Shown: positions 21,221 to 28,866 of the stretch, piece after piece
Position numbering within the stretch: position 1 is the stretch's first letter
Layout: the number at the start of each line of letters is the position of its first letter
Position numbers and translations under genes: made by a program
Assembly (NCBI GenBank): GCA_033763015.1
Contig: JANRLA010000032.1
Location: 10,036-74,035 of the forward strand
Length of the DNA: 64,000 bases
Reading direction: 5' to 3'
Source of the DNA: Bacteroidia bacterium
Lineage (GTDB): Bacteria; Bacteroidota; Bacteroidia; J057; JANRLA01
Notes under the pieces: generated by a model
What the model was told of the DNA's origin: nothing
The model's input: only the letters and a program-made list of their open reading frames with translations
Database searches by the model: none

Positions 21221-21280
21221 CGTAATGGGCTAGCGCTCTCAGAGCAATACGTCATGCTGGCTGGCGCGCGTCGGCCGCCC

Positions 21281-21994
21281 CTACACCTCCACTTCCTGCA
21301 AGAGCCGCCGTTTGGCGATGGGCAGCAGGGTTTCTTGTCGCGGGAAGGCCAGCTCGCTCTCCAGCGCGTACGTGGCCGGGTTGGGTAGCTCGGGCTCGGT
21401 GGCAATGAGGGCCCGCTTCATCTGTTCGTAGCCTTGGGTTAGCGTAGCGCTGTAGTTGGTTACGTAGTGCACGGCAATGCCCTTGCGCTTCTCCTCGCCG
21501 CCGTAAAAACTGCTTACCCGGAAGCGGTAGGCCGAAACCGTGCGGTTGTTGCCAATGCGGATGAGCAGGTAGCCCTCTTGGGTGTAGAGCGGCACCACCC
21601 CAATGGGGTAGAGCTGCAGGTTTTGCTCGACGTAGTCGTAGATCTCGCGCCCCTTGAGCAGGTACGCCTCCAGCATAGGCAGGGCGTAGGCCACCACGGC
21701 GTCGAGCTCCTGCAGGATAGCGGGGTCGTCTTCGGCGCGGGCGTAGAGAAGGGCCAGGTTTTGTAGGTCTATGCCTACCAGGTGGCGGGCCAGCTTGTGG
21801 GCCAGCTGTTCTTTCTGGGCGGCAAAGCCCAGCAGGGTACGGTGGTGGCCAATCACCTCTGAGAGGTGAGGGTAGAGCTTGAGGGCCCGGTAGGCGTCGT
21901 CTACCTGTTTCAGGTAGGCCAGCAGCACGTAGCGCTTGTACTCCAGGTCAATGGTGCCTTCGGCGAACCAGTTGGGCGAGAGGCGTTCGGCCAT
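21281..21994 (-). CDS. hypothetical protein
   Basis: 237 aa from ATG 21994 (MAERLSPNWFAEGTIDLEYKRYVLLAYLKQV). The upstream extension to 22114 would overlap the kinase gene. No family was recognised. Confidence 0.6.
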   Translation of the reverse strand: MAERLSPNWFAEGTIDLEYKRYVLLAYLKQVDDAYRALKLYPHLSEVIGHHRTLLGFAAQKEQLAHKLARHLVGIDLQNLALLYARAEDDPAILQELDAVVAYALPMLEAYLLKGREIYDYVEQNLQLYPIGVVPLYTQEGYLLIRIGNNRTVSAYRFRVSSFYGGEEKRKGIAVHYVTNYSATLTQGYEQMKRALIATEPELPNPATYALESELAFPRQETLLPIAKRRLLQEVEV

Positions 21995-22082
21995 AGCGGT
22001 GCGGGTCGGTGACAGACTGTATCTCCTTACTGCAACGCACGTGCCAGGGGCTGACGTGTGCCAGACAGGGCGCGGCTGGTGG

Positions 22083-23978
22083 TTAGTGCGCCGTAATGGT
22101 GCCCACGATGCCACCCTCCATGGGGCTACTGGCCTTGAGCTCGCCCGTGTACTCGGGCAGCTCTACGGTGAAGGTGGTGTTGCCGGGCTGCGACTCGACA
22201 CGGATGCTGCCGCCGTGCTTCTCGACAATCTTGCGCACAATGTCGAGGCCCAGGCCCGTGCCCTCGCCCTTTTTCTTGGTCGTGAAGAAGGGCTCGAAGA
22301 TCTTCTCGAGGTGCTCGGCGGGGATGCCCACACCCGAATCGGTGACCGAAACCGCGACCCGGCCCGGGGCCAGCCGCCAGAGGTGGATGTGCATTTTACC
22401 CTCGGCGTTCATGGCCTGGGCAGCGTTGTTCACCAGGTTGGTCCACACCTGCACCAGCTCATCGGCCACGCCCAGCACGGGGCTCAGGCCCTCTTCGTAC
22501 TCTTTGGTCACCTCTACGCCGTACTTGAGCTTGTTGTGGTAGAGCGTAAGCACAGTTTCGAGGCTTTCGCGCAGGTTGACGGGCTCGGTTTTGTCGCCCG
22601 CGCTGTGGCTGTAGTTGCGCAGGCCCTTCACCATGCGGTCCATCTTCTTGGCCGCGAGCTGGATGTTGTCGATGCCTTGGCGTAGCTTGACAGCCGTAGA
22701 GACCATCTCGAAAATCTGGTCGCGTTGGGGGTGTTTCAAGAGCGGTACATACGCCTCGTAGCCTTCGATGAGGCCACCTTTGACCAGCGTTTTGGCCACG
22801 CCATCGGGGTCGGGTACGCCCATGGCCATGAGCTTCTCGCCAATCTCCTTCTTGAACTGGCGCTCCTCGCGGCTGCTGAAGGCCCGCGGCGAGCCCGACG
22901 ACTGCTCGACCAGACTCAGGTAACTGGCCTTCTCTTCAGGGCCCAGGCTGTTGAACAGCTCGGGGTACTCGTTGATGAGGAAGGGCACAATCTTGACCAT
23001 GCTCTCGCCCGCGGCCGTAATGGCCCCCAGGGGGGTGTTGAGCTCGTGGGCCACCCCGGCCACCAGGGTGCCCAGCGTGGCCATTTTGCCCTGCTGGATC
23101 AAGATTTCGTGGGTGGCTTCTGAGACACCCTCTTCGTTGGTGCTGTGCAGCTCGTTCTCGGCATAGACCTTTGCCGCGGGGGCTGTGTGGGCCTGGGCCA
23201 ACTCGGCTTTCAGTCGTTCTACTTCCGCCTGCAGGGCCTCGCTAGGGGCCGGTGCAGGCGCGCTGGGCTGGGGGGGGAGCACGGCCCGCTCCAGATCGGC
23301 CTGCAGTTGGGCATTAGCCTGGCGAAGCTGCTGAAGCTCCATGCGCAGCTGAAGTGTTTCGGCCGTCTCGCCCGCGGGTTGGCTGGGGGCTGCGGCGGCC
23401 TTCTCTACCTCGGCCTGCAGTTGGGTATTGGCCTGGCGCAGCTGCTGAAGCTCCATGCGCAGCTGTAGCGTCTCGGGTGTTTCGCCCGCAGGTTGGCTGG
23501 GGGCGGCAGCGGCCTTCTCAGCTTCGGCCTGCAGTTGGGCATTGGCCTTGCGCAGCTGCTGGAGCTCTAACCGCAGCTGCACTGTCTCGGGTGTTTCGCC
23601 CACCGGGGCAGCGGGGGCCGCTTCGGCAGCCGCCAACTTCGTCTCAAGTGCTTTTATCTGGCCCTGTAGCATGTCTATGACCTGCTTCTGCTGCTCGAGG
23701 GCGGCTTTTAGCTCGGTCGTATCACCGCTACGCTTGCGCAGCGCTTCCAGCTCGGCAGCGGTCGTCTTGAGTTCGAGGGCCTGGGTGTTGAACTGCGCCT
23801 GTAGGGCTGCCAGCTTGCTCGTCTCGCTCGCCTCCGAAGATTTGGGCTGCAGCGACTTAAGCCGCTGCGTGAGGGTGCGCACCTGGGTCTGGTACCCCCG
23901 GCTTTGGCGCTGCGCTACCAGCCAGAGTACCAAGAAAAGTGCAGCGGCTGCAAACGCCCCAAGCGCGATGGGTTCCAT
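22083..23978 (-). CDS. membrane-anchored coiled-coil sensor histidine kinase (no adjacent response regulator)
   Basis: ATG 23978 gives one TM helix (MEPIALGAFAAAALFLVLWLV). It continues with a long Q/A/E-rich coiled coil, the H-box GTLVAGVAHELNTPLGAI, the N-box WTNLVNNAAQAM and the G-boxes DSGVGIP / GTGLGLDIV. Confidence 0.9.
   Translation of the reverse strand: MEPIALGAFAAAALFLVLWLVAQRQSRGYQTQVRTLTQRLKSLQPKSSEASETSKLAALQAQFNTQALELKTTAAELEALRKRSGDTTELKAALEQQKQVIDMLQGQIKALETKLAAAEAAPAAPVGETPETVQLRLELQQLRKANAQLQAEAEKAAAAPSQPAGETPETLQLRMELQQLRQANTQLQAEVEKAAAAPSQPAGETAETLQLRMELQQLRQANAQLQADLERAVLPPQPSAPAPAPSEALQAEVERLKAELAQAHTAPAAKVYAENELHSTNEEGVSEATHEILIQQGKMATLGTLVAGVAHELNTPLGAITAAGESMVKIVPFLINEYPELFNSLGPEEKASYLSLVEQSSGSPRAFSSREERQFKKEIGEKLMAMGVPDPDGVAKTLVKGGLIEGYEAYVPLLKHPQRDQIFEMVSTAVKLRQGIDNIQLAAKKMDRMVKGLRNYSHSAGDKTEPVNLRESLETVLTLYHNKLKYGVEVTKEYEEGLSPVLGVADELVQVWTNLVNNAAQAMNAEGKMHIHLWRLAPGRVAVSVTDSGVGIPAEHLEKIFEPFFTTKKKGEGTGLGLDIVRKIVEKHGGSIRVESQPGNTTFTVELPEYTGELKASSPMEGGIVGTITAH
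23296..23637. repeat. about three tandem copies of a 114-bp (38-aa) unit inside the kinase coiled coil
   Basis: TCGGCCTGCAGTTGGG(C/T)ATT recurs at 23296, 23410 and 23524. The protein unit is GETPETLQLRMELQQLRQANTQLQAEVEKAAAAPSQPA. The third copy degenerates at its distal end. Confidence 0.85.
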
Positions 23979-24075
23979 AGTGGGGGGGAGGACGGTAAGA
24001 CGTATCGTTTGTGTCGGGAAGTTAGGCAGAAGCCCTAACCTATGTATGTCCAACAGGTTAGGGAAATGCGCGCCG

Positions 24076-25455
24076 CTAGATTAAAGCTTCTGCCGCCACC
24101 GTACCCGTCAGGGCGGCCCCTTCCATAAAGCCCTGCCAATCTTCGCTCAGGTGCTCGCCCGCAAAGCGCACCCGCCCATGGGGCTGCTGCAAGGCCGGTA
24201 GCACGCTGTACCACTGCCCGGTATCGTAGATGGCATAGGCCCCACGCACGTAGGGGTCGCTGCCCCAGTGGTAGGCCACGTTGTGCAGCAGGCGCGCAGG
24301 GGCCTGGGGCCAGGCCGGGGCCAGCGCCTGGGCCAGTTGGCGGCCCCGCTCGTCGGTGCCGAGCTTGCTCAGGAGGTATGCGCGGTCGCCCACGGCGTAG
24401 CTGGTGAGCACCCCTGCCGCGCCGGGCTGCCCCTGGGTGGTGTGGAAGTAAAAGTGCCCCAGGGTGTCGGTGAGCAGGGCGTAGTCGGCCTCCTGCCAAA
24501 ACCGCTCGCCGAATACCAACTGCGTCTTGCTGATGCGGCAGTACTGCAAGGCCGTAAGGGCCCGCTGGTGCGCCTCTTGTAGTACCGGCTGCCACCTGAG
24601 CGATAGCAGGGCTGCCGTGGGCAGGGCGCAGACCACGTGGCTGGCCCGGTGCACCTCGCCGCCAGCGGTGTGCACCGTCACCTGGCCGCCGGTTTGGTCG
24701 ATGGCCACGGCGGGGGTGCTCAGGTGCACGTTGGCGGGCCCAATGGCCTGGACCAGGGCCTCGACCAGGCGGCTGTTGCCGCCCACTACCTTGAAGTCCA
24801 TTTCGTTGTTCGGCGAGCTACTGGCGTATTCCCACAGGGCCGAGAGTGCCGATACCTGGCGGATGGTCTCGCCAAAATCGGTGCTATCGGCCAGCTCGCG
24901 TAGCTCTAGCTCGGGCTCTGAGATGCCCTGCTGCACCAGGAAGCGCCACCAGTCTTGCCCATCAAGCGCCTTGAGCTGGGCGGGGCTGTAGCGCTCCAGC
25001 GCCCCAAAAATGCCGCTCAACTTGGCTTGCCACGCGGGCTCGGCGGGCCAGTTTTCGGCCCGCGTGTAGGTGCCGCCCACCAGCACGTGGCTCTTGAAGG
25101 TGTGGGGTTGCAGCGCCAGGCCCAGCGCGGCGCAGGTGGTGCGTAGCAGCGTGTGCGAGGCGCCAATCCATTCGGCGCCCAGCTCTACCGTCAGGGGCTC
25201 ATCGGTGCCCAGGCTGTGGCTGAAGACACGCCCGCCGGGCCGGCTGCGGGCTTCGAGCACCGTAACAGGTATACCCGCCTGCGTCAGGCGGTAGGCGGCA
25301 AACAGGCCCGCCAGGCCCGCCCCTAGCACCACGACCCGCGTGGCCCGGCCCACATCGGCGCCCTGTGGGGCCGTAGGTGCCGCGAGCGTACCCAAGGGCA
25401 CCTGGGTGGCCACGGCACCTGCCACGGCCCGGCGCAAAAACTCGCGGCGGTTCAT
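24076..25455 (-). CDS. Tat-exported FAD-dependent amine oxidase (flavin monoamine oxidase family)
   Basis: It has the twin-arginine leader MNRREFLRRAVAGAVA, the dinucleotide-binding VVVLGAGLAGLFAAYRL..VLEARSRPGGRV, and the C-terminal FAGEHLS. The start is set at ATG 25455. Confidence 0.85.
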   Translation of the reverse strand: MNRREFLRRAVAGAVATQVPLGTLAAPTAPQGADVGRATRVVVLGAGLAGLFAAYRLTQAGIPVTVLEARSRPGGRVFSHSLGTDEPLTVELGAEWIGASHTLLRTTCAALGLALQPHTFKSHVLVGGTYTRAENWPAEPAWQAKLSGIFGALERYSPAQLKALDGQDWWRFLVQQGISEPELELRELADSTDFGETIRQVSALSALWEYASSSPNNEMDFKVVGGNSRLVEALVQAIGPANVHLSTPAVAIDQTGGQVTVHTAGGEVHRASHVVCALPTAALLSLRWQPVLQEAHQRALTALQYCRISKTQLVFGERFWQEADYALLTDTLGHFYFHTTQGQPGAAGVLTSYAVGDRAYLLSKLGTDERGRQLAQALAPAWPQAPARLLHNVAYHWGSDPYVRGAYAIYDTGQWYSVLPALQQPHGRVRFAGEHLSEDWQGFMEGAALTGTVAAEALI

Positions 25456-25456
25456 G

Positions 25457-26410
25457 CTAGCGCGCCGCCTGGGCAATAAAGATGACGTTGATGATGAGGA
25501 AGATGACCACCAGCACCGCCGCCGCCGTGCGGTCTATGCGCTTGTAGGTGGCGGTGCGCTCCTGCTTGGCGTAGTAGAGCGAAATGACGCTGACCACCAC
25601 GTTACTCAGCAGCATGGCAAACGTCAGGCCGTGGATGCGGTCGGAGAGTGAGGTCGAGATGATGTCGGGCAAGATCGAGTCGACCAGGTACTTGTTCCCC
25701 ACCGCCCCAAAGAGGCCCCCCACCGAGAGGCCAAAGCGCGGGTCGACTTCAGTCGGCGGCACAAAAAAGGCCAGCCAGCTAATGAAAAACGCCACGTAGA
25801 CCCCCGTAAACAGTTTAAAGAAAAGGCCCCAGCCGTTGCGGCGGATGGTGAGCTGGGCCGTGAGCTGGGGGTAGTCGCTGCCGCCCTCGGCCAGGGTGGG
25901 GTCGCCAAAGTTGGTGGCGTAGTGGTGCTGCGTCGTCGATACCTCGAAGCTCTCGATCTTCCAGCCATCGAGTTCGATTTCCTTGCTGTAGGTGCTGTTG
26001 GCGGTGTCGGCCAGGTAGACCACGCTTTCCAGGTCGTTCTGGGCATCTTCCACTTCGATGGTAAGCACCTGGCGGTCGAAGGGGAAGTAGTTCACGTCCC
26101 AGATCTGCTTCATCTCGGCACGCACTTCCTGGCTGGCCCAGTTGAGACCACCTTTTTTCTCGACCGATGCCTGGGCGAACTCAAAGGCCTTGGCGTTGGT
26201 CACCTCGGCGCTCTCGGCCGGGGCGATCGAATCGCTTCGGTACACAAACCAGAGCCAGAAATTGGTGTTATAGGCCCCACCCGATAGGTCCATGTCGTAC
26301 AACGACTTGAGCCATAGGCCCACTTTTACGGTATCGGGCGACTGGGCCAGGAGCACGACAGGGGCCCCACCCAGGGCCAGGAGCAACACAAGGCGGCGTA
26401 GCAAAGGCAT
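25457..26410 (-). CDS. prokaryotic pentameric ligand-gated ion channel (Cys-loop receptor family) homologue
   Basis: ATG 26410 gives the signal peptide MPLLRRLVLLLALGGAPVVLLAQ. The ectodomain carries YFPFDRQVLTIEVED (compare ELIC FPFDRQ). M1 is FFISWLAFFV, the M2-M3 segment is DSILPDIISTSLSDRIHG, and there is a C-terminal M4 helix. Confidence 0.75.
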   Translation of the reverse strand: MPLLRRLVLLLALGGAPVVLLAQSPDTVKVGLWLKSLYDMDLSGGAYNTNFWLWFVYRSDSIAPAESAEVTNAKAFEFAQASVEKKGGLNWASQEVRAEMKQIWDVNYFPFDRQVLTIEVEDAQNDLESVVYLADTANSTYSKEIELDGWKIESFEVSTTQHHYATNFGDPTLAEGGSDYPQLTAQLTIRRNGWGLFFKLFTGVYVAFFISWLAFFVPPTEVDPRFGLSVGGLFGAVGNKYLVDSILPDIISTSLSDRIHGLTFAMLLSNVVVSVISLYYAKQERTATYKRIDRTAAAVLVVIFLIINVIFIAQAAR

Positions 26411-26550
26411 AGTAACACAAGAGGTTGATGTGGTACCCCGAAGTAACGTGTCTGCGTTGGCACCACCACCCGGGGCCCGGCAAAATCTTGGCCCGCCGTG
26501 CAACCCCGGGCTACAGGCCCCGCTCATTACCCCAGCAACCAACCCAAACT

Positions 26551-27846
26551 ATGAAGCTGACCCGTCTGATTAGCTGCCTTTCGCTTGCCAGCCTGCTGGT
26601 GCCCGCAGCCGCCCAAACCGATGCCACCCAACTCTATGGCACCGTAACCACCGTAGAGGGTACCCGCTACACCGGGCCCATTCGCTGGGGCAAGGAAGAG
26701 GCCAGTTGGTTCGATCTCTTCAATGCCAACAAAGACGAGAACCCCTACAGCCGCTACCTCACCGAGCGCGGCAGCACGAATACTGCACCACCGGCCCCCG
26801 GTACCCCGCCCACGCCACCCACACCGCCCACACCGCCCCAGCGTGGCGAGGACAACTGGAGCTGGAATTGGAATTGGGGCGGCAAACGCGTGTACGCCTA
26901 CGGCTCTGGCTACGCGGTCACCCACCTGTTTGCCGTGCCCTTTGGCGCCATCTCGAAAGTGGTTGTCATGGGCCGCGAAGAGGCCGAAGTGACCCTGCGC
27001 GACGGTAAGCGGTACACCTTCGATGGGGGCAGCAACGACCTGGGTGCCACGCTGCAGGTGGTCGACCCCGAAATTGGTACCCTGTCGCTGGAATGGACCC
27101 GCGTCCGGAGCGTCGAGTTCGCCGACAGCCCCGCCCGCACCGAAAAGCGCTTCGGCAACGTACTCTACGGTACCGTCGAAACCTATGCCGGCTCGTTTAC
27201 GGGGTTCATCCAGTGGGACCACGACGAGCGCCTCGACACCGATAAACTCGATGGCGACACCCGCGACGGCGACGTGGCCATCGACTTCGGCAACATCAAA
27301 ACCATCGCCCGCGATGGGCTGGGGGTAAACGTAGTCCTGAAAAGCGGGCGCGAACTGCGCCTGACCGGCAGCAACGACGTAAACAGCGACAACCGGGGCA
27401 TCATCGTGTACAGCCCCGAGAACGGCGGGGTAGATATCCCCTGGCGCGAGTTCCGCACCGTCACCTTTGCCAGTGCCGCCCCCAACCGCCCCACGTTTGC
27501 CGACTACAAATCGGTGGGCGCGCTCACCGGCACAGTCAAAACCCTTGGCGGCACTACCTACACCGGCCGCCTGGTGTACGACCTGGACGAAGAAGCCGGT
27601 TACGAGCTCATCCAGGGCAAAGAGAAAGGGCTCGACTTCGAGCTGCCGCTCTTCCTCATCAAGCGTATCCTGCCCAAGGGCTCGTACGGAGCCACCGTCA
27701 TCCTGAAAAGTGGTACAAGCCTCTTTCTGGAGGGCACCCAAGACGTAAGCGCAGACCACGACGGGGTGCTCATTTTCAAAAACTCAACCGATACCCAGCC
27801 CCAGTACGTGCGCTGGAACGACATCGAAGAAATCGTCTTCGACTAG
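26551..27846 (+). CDS. secreted protein built of three related modules (unknown family)
   Basis: ATG 26551 gives the signal peptide MKLTRLISCLSLASLLVPAAAQ. The module heads are LYGTVTTVEGTRYTGPIRW, LYGTVETYAGSFTGFIQW and LTGTVKTLGGTTYTGRLVY. It also has the PT-rich linker PPAPGTPPTPPTPPTPP and NWSWNWNWGG. Confidence 0.7.
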   Translation: MKLTRLISCLSLASLLVPAAAQTDATQLYGTVTTVEGTRYTGPIRWGKEEASWFDLFNANKDENPYSRYLTERGSTNTAPPAPGTPPTPPTPPTPPQRGEDNWSWNWNWGGKRVYAYGSGYAVTHLFAVPFGAISKVVVMGREEAEVTLRDGKRYTFDGGSNDLGATLQVVDPEIGTLSLEWTRVRSVEFADSPARTEKRFGNVLYGTVETYAGSFTGFIQWDHDERLDTDKLDGDTRDGDVAIDFGNIKTIARDGLGVNVVLKSGRELRLTGSNDVNSDNRGIIVYSPENGGVDIPWREFRTVTFASAAPNRPTFADYKSVGALTGTVKTLGGTTYTGRLVYDLDEEAGYELIQGKEKGLDFELPLFLIKRILPKGSYGATVILKSGTSLFLEGTQDVSADHDGVLIFKNSTDTQPQYVRWNDIEEIVFD

Positions 27847-27888
27847 CGCCCGCCTGCGAAGCTGTCTGTGTGAAGCCTGTGGTTGAAA

Positions 27889-27928
27889 CTGCCTGCCCAA
27901 CGGGGGAAACCCCAGACGGCAGGCAGTC
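27889..27928 (+). terminator. terminator-like hairpin downstream of the modular secreted protein gene
   Basis: ACTGCCTGCC (27889-27898) pairs perfectly with GGCAGGCAGT (27919-27928). The loop contains a nested GGGGaaaCCCC. Only a weak T-tract follows. Confidence 0.4.
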
Positions 27929-27941
27929 GTATGTTTAGGGT

Positions 27942-28367
27942 ATGGCCCCATCGCGCATTACCCGGCTGTTTTGCGGCATCACGCTCCTGAGTTTGCCCAC
28001 CGTGGCCTTTGGGGGTTACTTCCTGCTACAGGTTGCCACCCAGGCGGGGCTACAGGCGTCGCTTTCTGAGCTTCAGCGGTCGTTTTTCCGCGCAGGGCAT
28101 GCCCACGCGGGTGTACTCACGCTGCTGGGGCTAGTCGCGCAACTGCTCTGCGACCACACGTGCCTTCACCAGCGCTGGGTGTGGGTGGCGCGGGTGGCGT
28201 TTCCGCTGGCAGGGCTGTGCATCCCGGCAGGGTTTTTTTTAAGCGTACTGAGCACACCCACGGCCCCAGGCCCGCTGCTGGGGCTCATCTACGCCGGGGC
28301 GGGGCTGCTCGCACTGGGGTGCGCCGTGCTGGGTGTCGGGCTTATCTGGGCGGCGCGAAGGGGTTAG
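27942..28367 (+). CDS. hypothetical membrane protein
   Basis: 141 aa with four hydrophobic helices. No family was recognised. Confidence 0.5.
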   Translation: MAPSRITRLFCGITLLSLPTVAFGGYFLLQVATQAGLQASLSELQRSFFRAGHAHAGVLTLLGLVAQLLCDHTCLHQRWVWVARVAFPLAGLCIPAGFFLSVLSTPTAPGPLLGLIYAGAGLLALGCAVLGVGLIWAARRG

Positions 28368-28857
28368 TGTATTCGACGAGTACCGACCATTGAAGTACGC
28401 CGTAAGGGTCGGCGTGGCCCACGAAAATGCCGTAGATGATCGTGCGGGGGTTTTGGCGGGTGGTGCGCCTGAGTTGGCCCTGCTCGGTGGTGCGTACCAG
28501 AAAGTTGTAGGTGCCCTCGCCCACCCGAAAGCGGTGCGGCGCCCGGTAAAGCCGCATCCCTTCGGGGCTGCCGGTGCGCGAGCTGGTCACGAACTCGAGC
28601 ATGGCCTGGGTGGTGGGGTCGAAAAACTCGGCACCCCCCTGGTACAACGCCTCAAACCGGATGCGCTGCCACACTTCCTGCTTCGACCGTTCGGTCCCCG
28701 CACGTGCAAGACTATCGATCTGGGCCTGGGCCTGGGCTACCTGCTGGGCCAACACCACGGGGGTGTACAGCACCGTATCGGGCACCATACGCTGTGCCAA
28801 ACCAGACGCAGGCACCCACACGACCAGAACCCATAGCAGCCTCGTGTAGCATCGCAT
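28342..28857 (-). CDS. hypothetical secreted protein
   Basis: 171 aa with the signal-like MRCYTRLLWVLVVWVPASGLAQ. Its 3' end overlaps the convergent upstream gene by 26 nt. Confidence 0.55.
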   Translation of the reverse strand: MRCYTRLLWVLVVWVPASGLAQRMVPDTVLYTPVVLAQQVAQAQAQIDSLARAGTERSKQEVWQRIRFEALYQGGAEFFDPTTQAMLEFVTSSRTGSPEGMRLYRAPHRFRVGEGTYNFLVRTTEQGQLRRTTRQNPRTIIYGIFVGHADPYGVLQWSVLVEYTNPFAPPR

Positions 28858-28866
28858 GGGTACAAG

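Noticed and set aside
26527-27759. A 410-aa minus-strand ORF opposite the modular secreted protein.
   Set aside because: The plus-strand frame has a signal peptide and a coherent threefold module structure. The antisense frame is Gly/Ala/Val-rich with no features.
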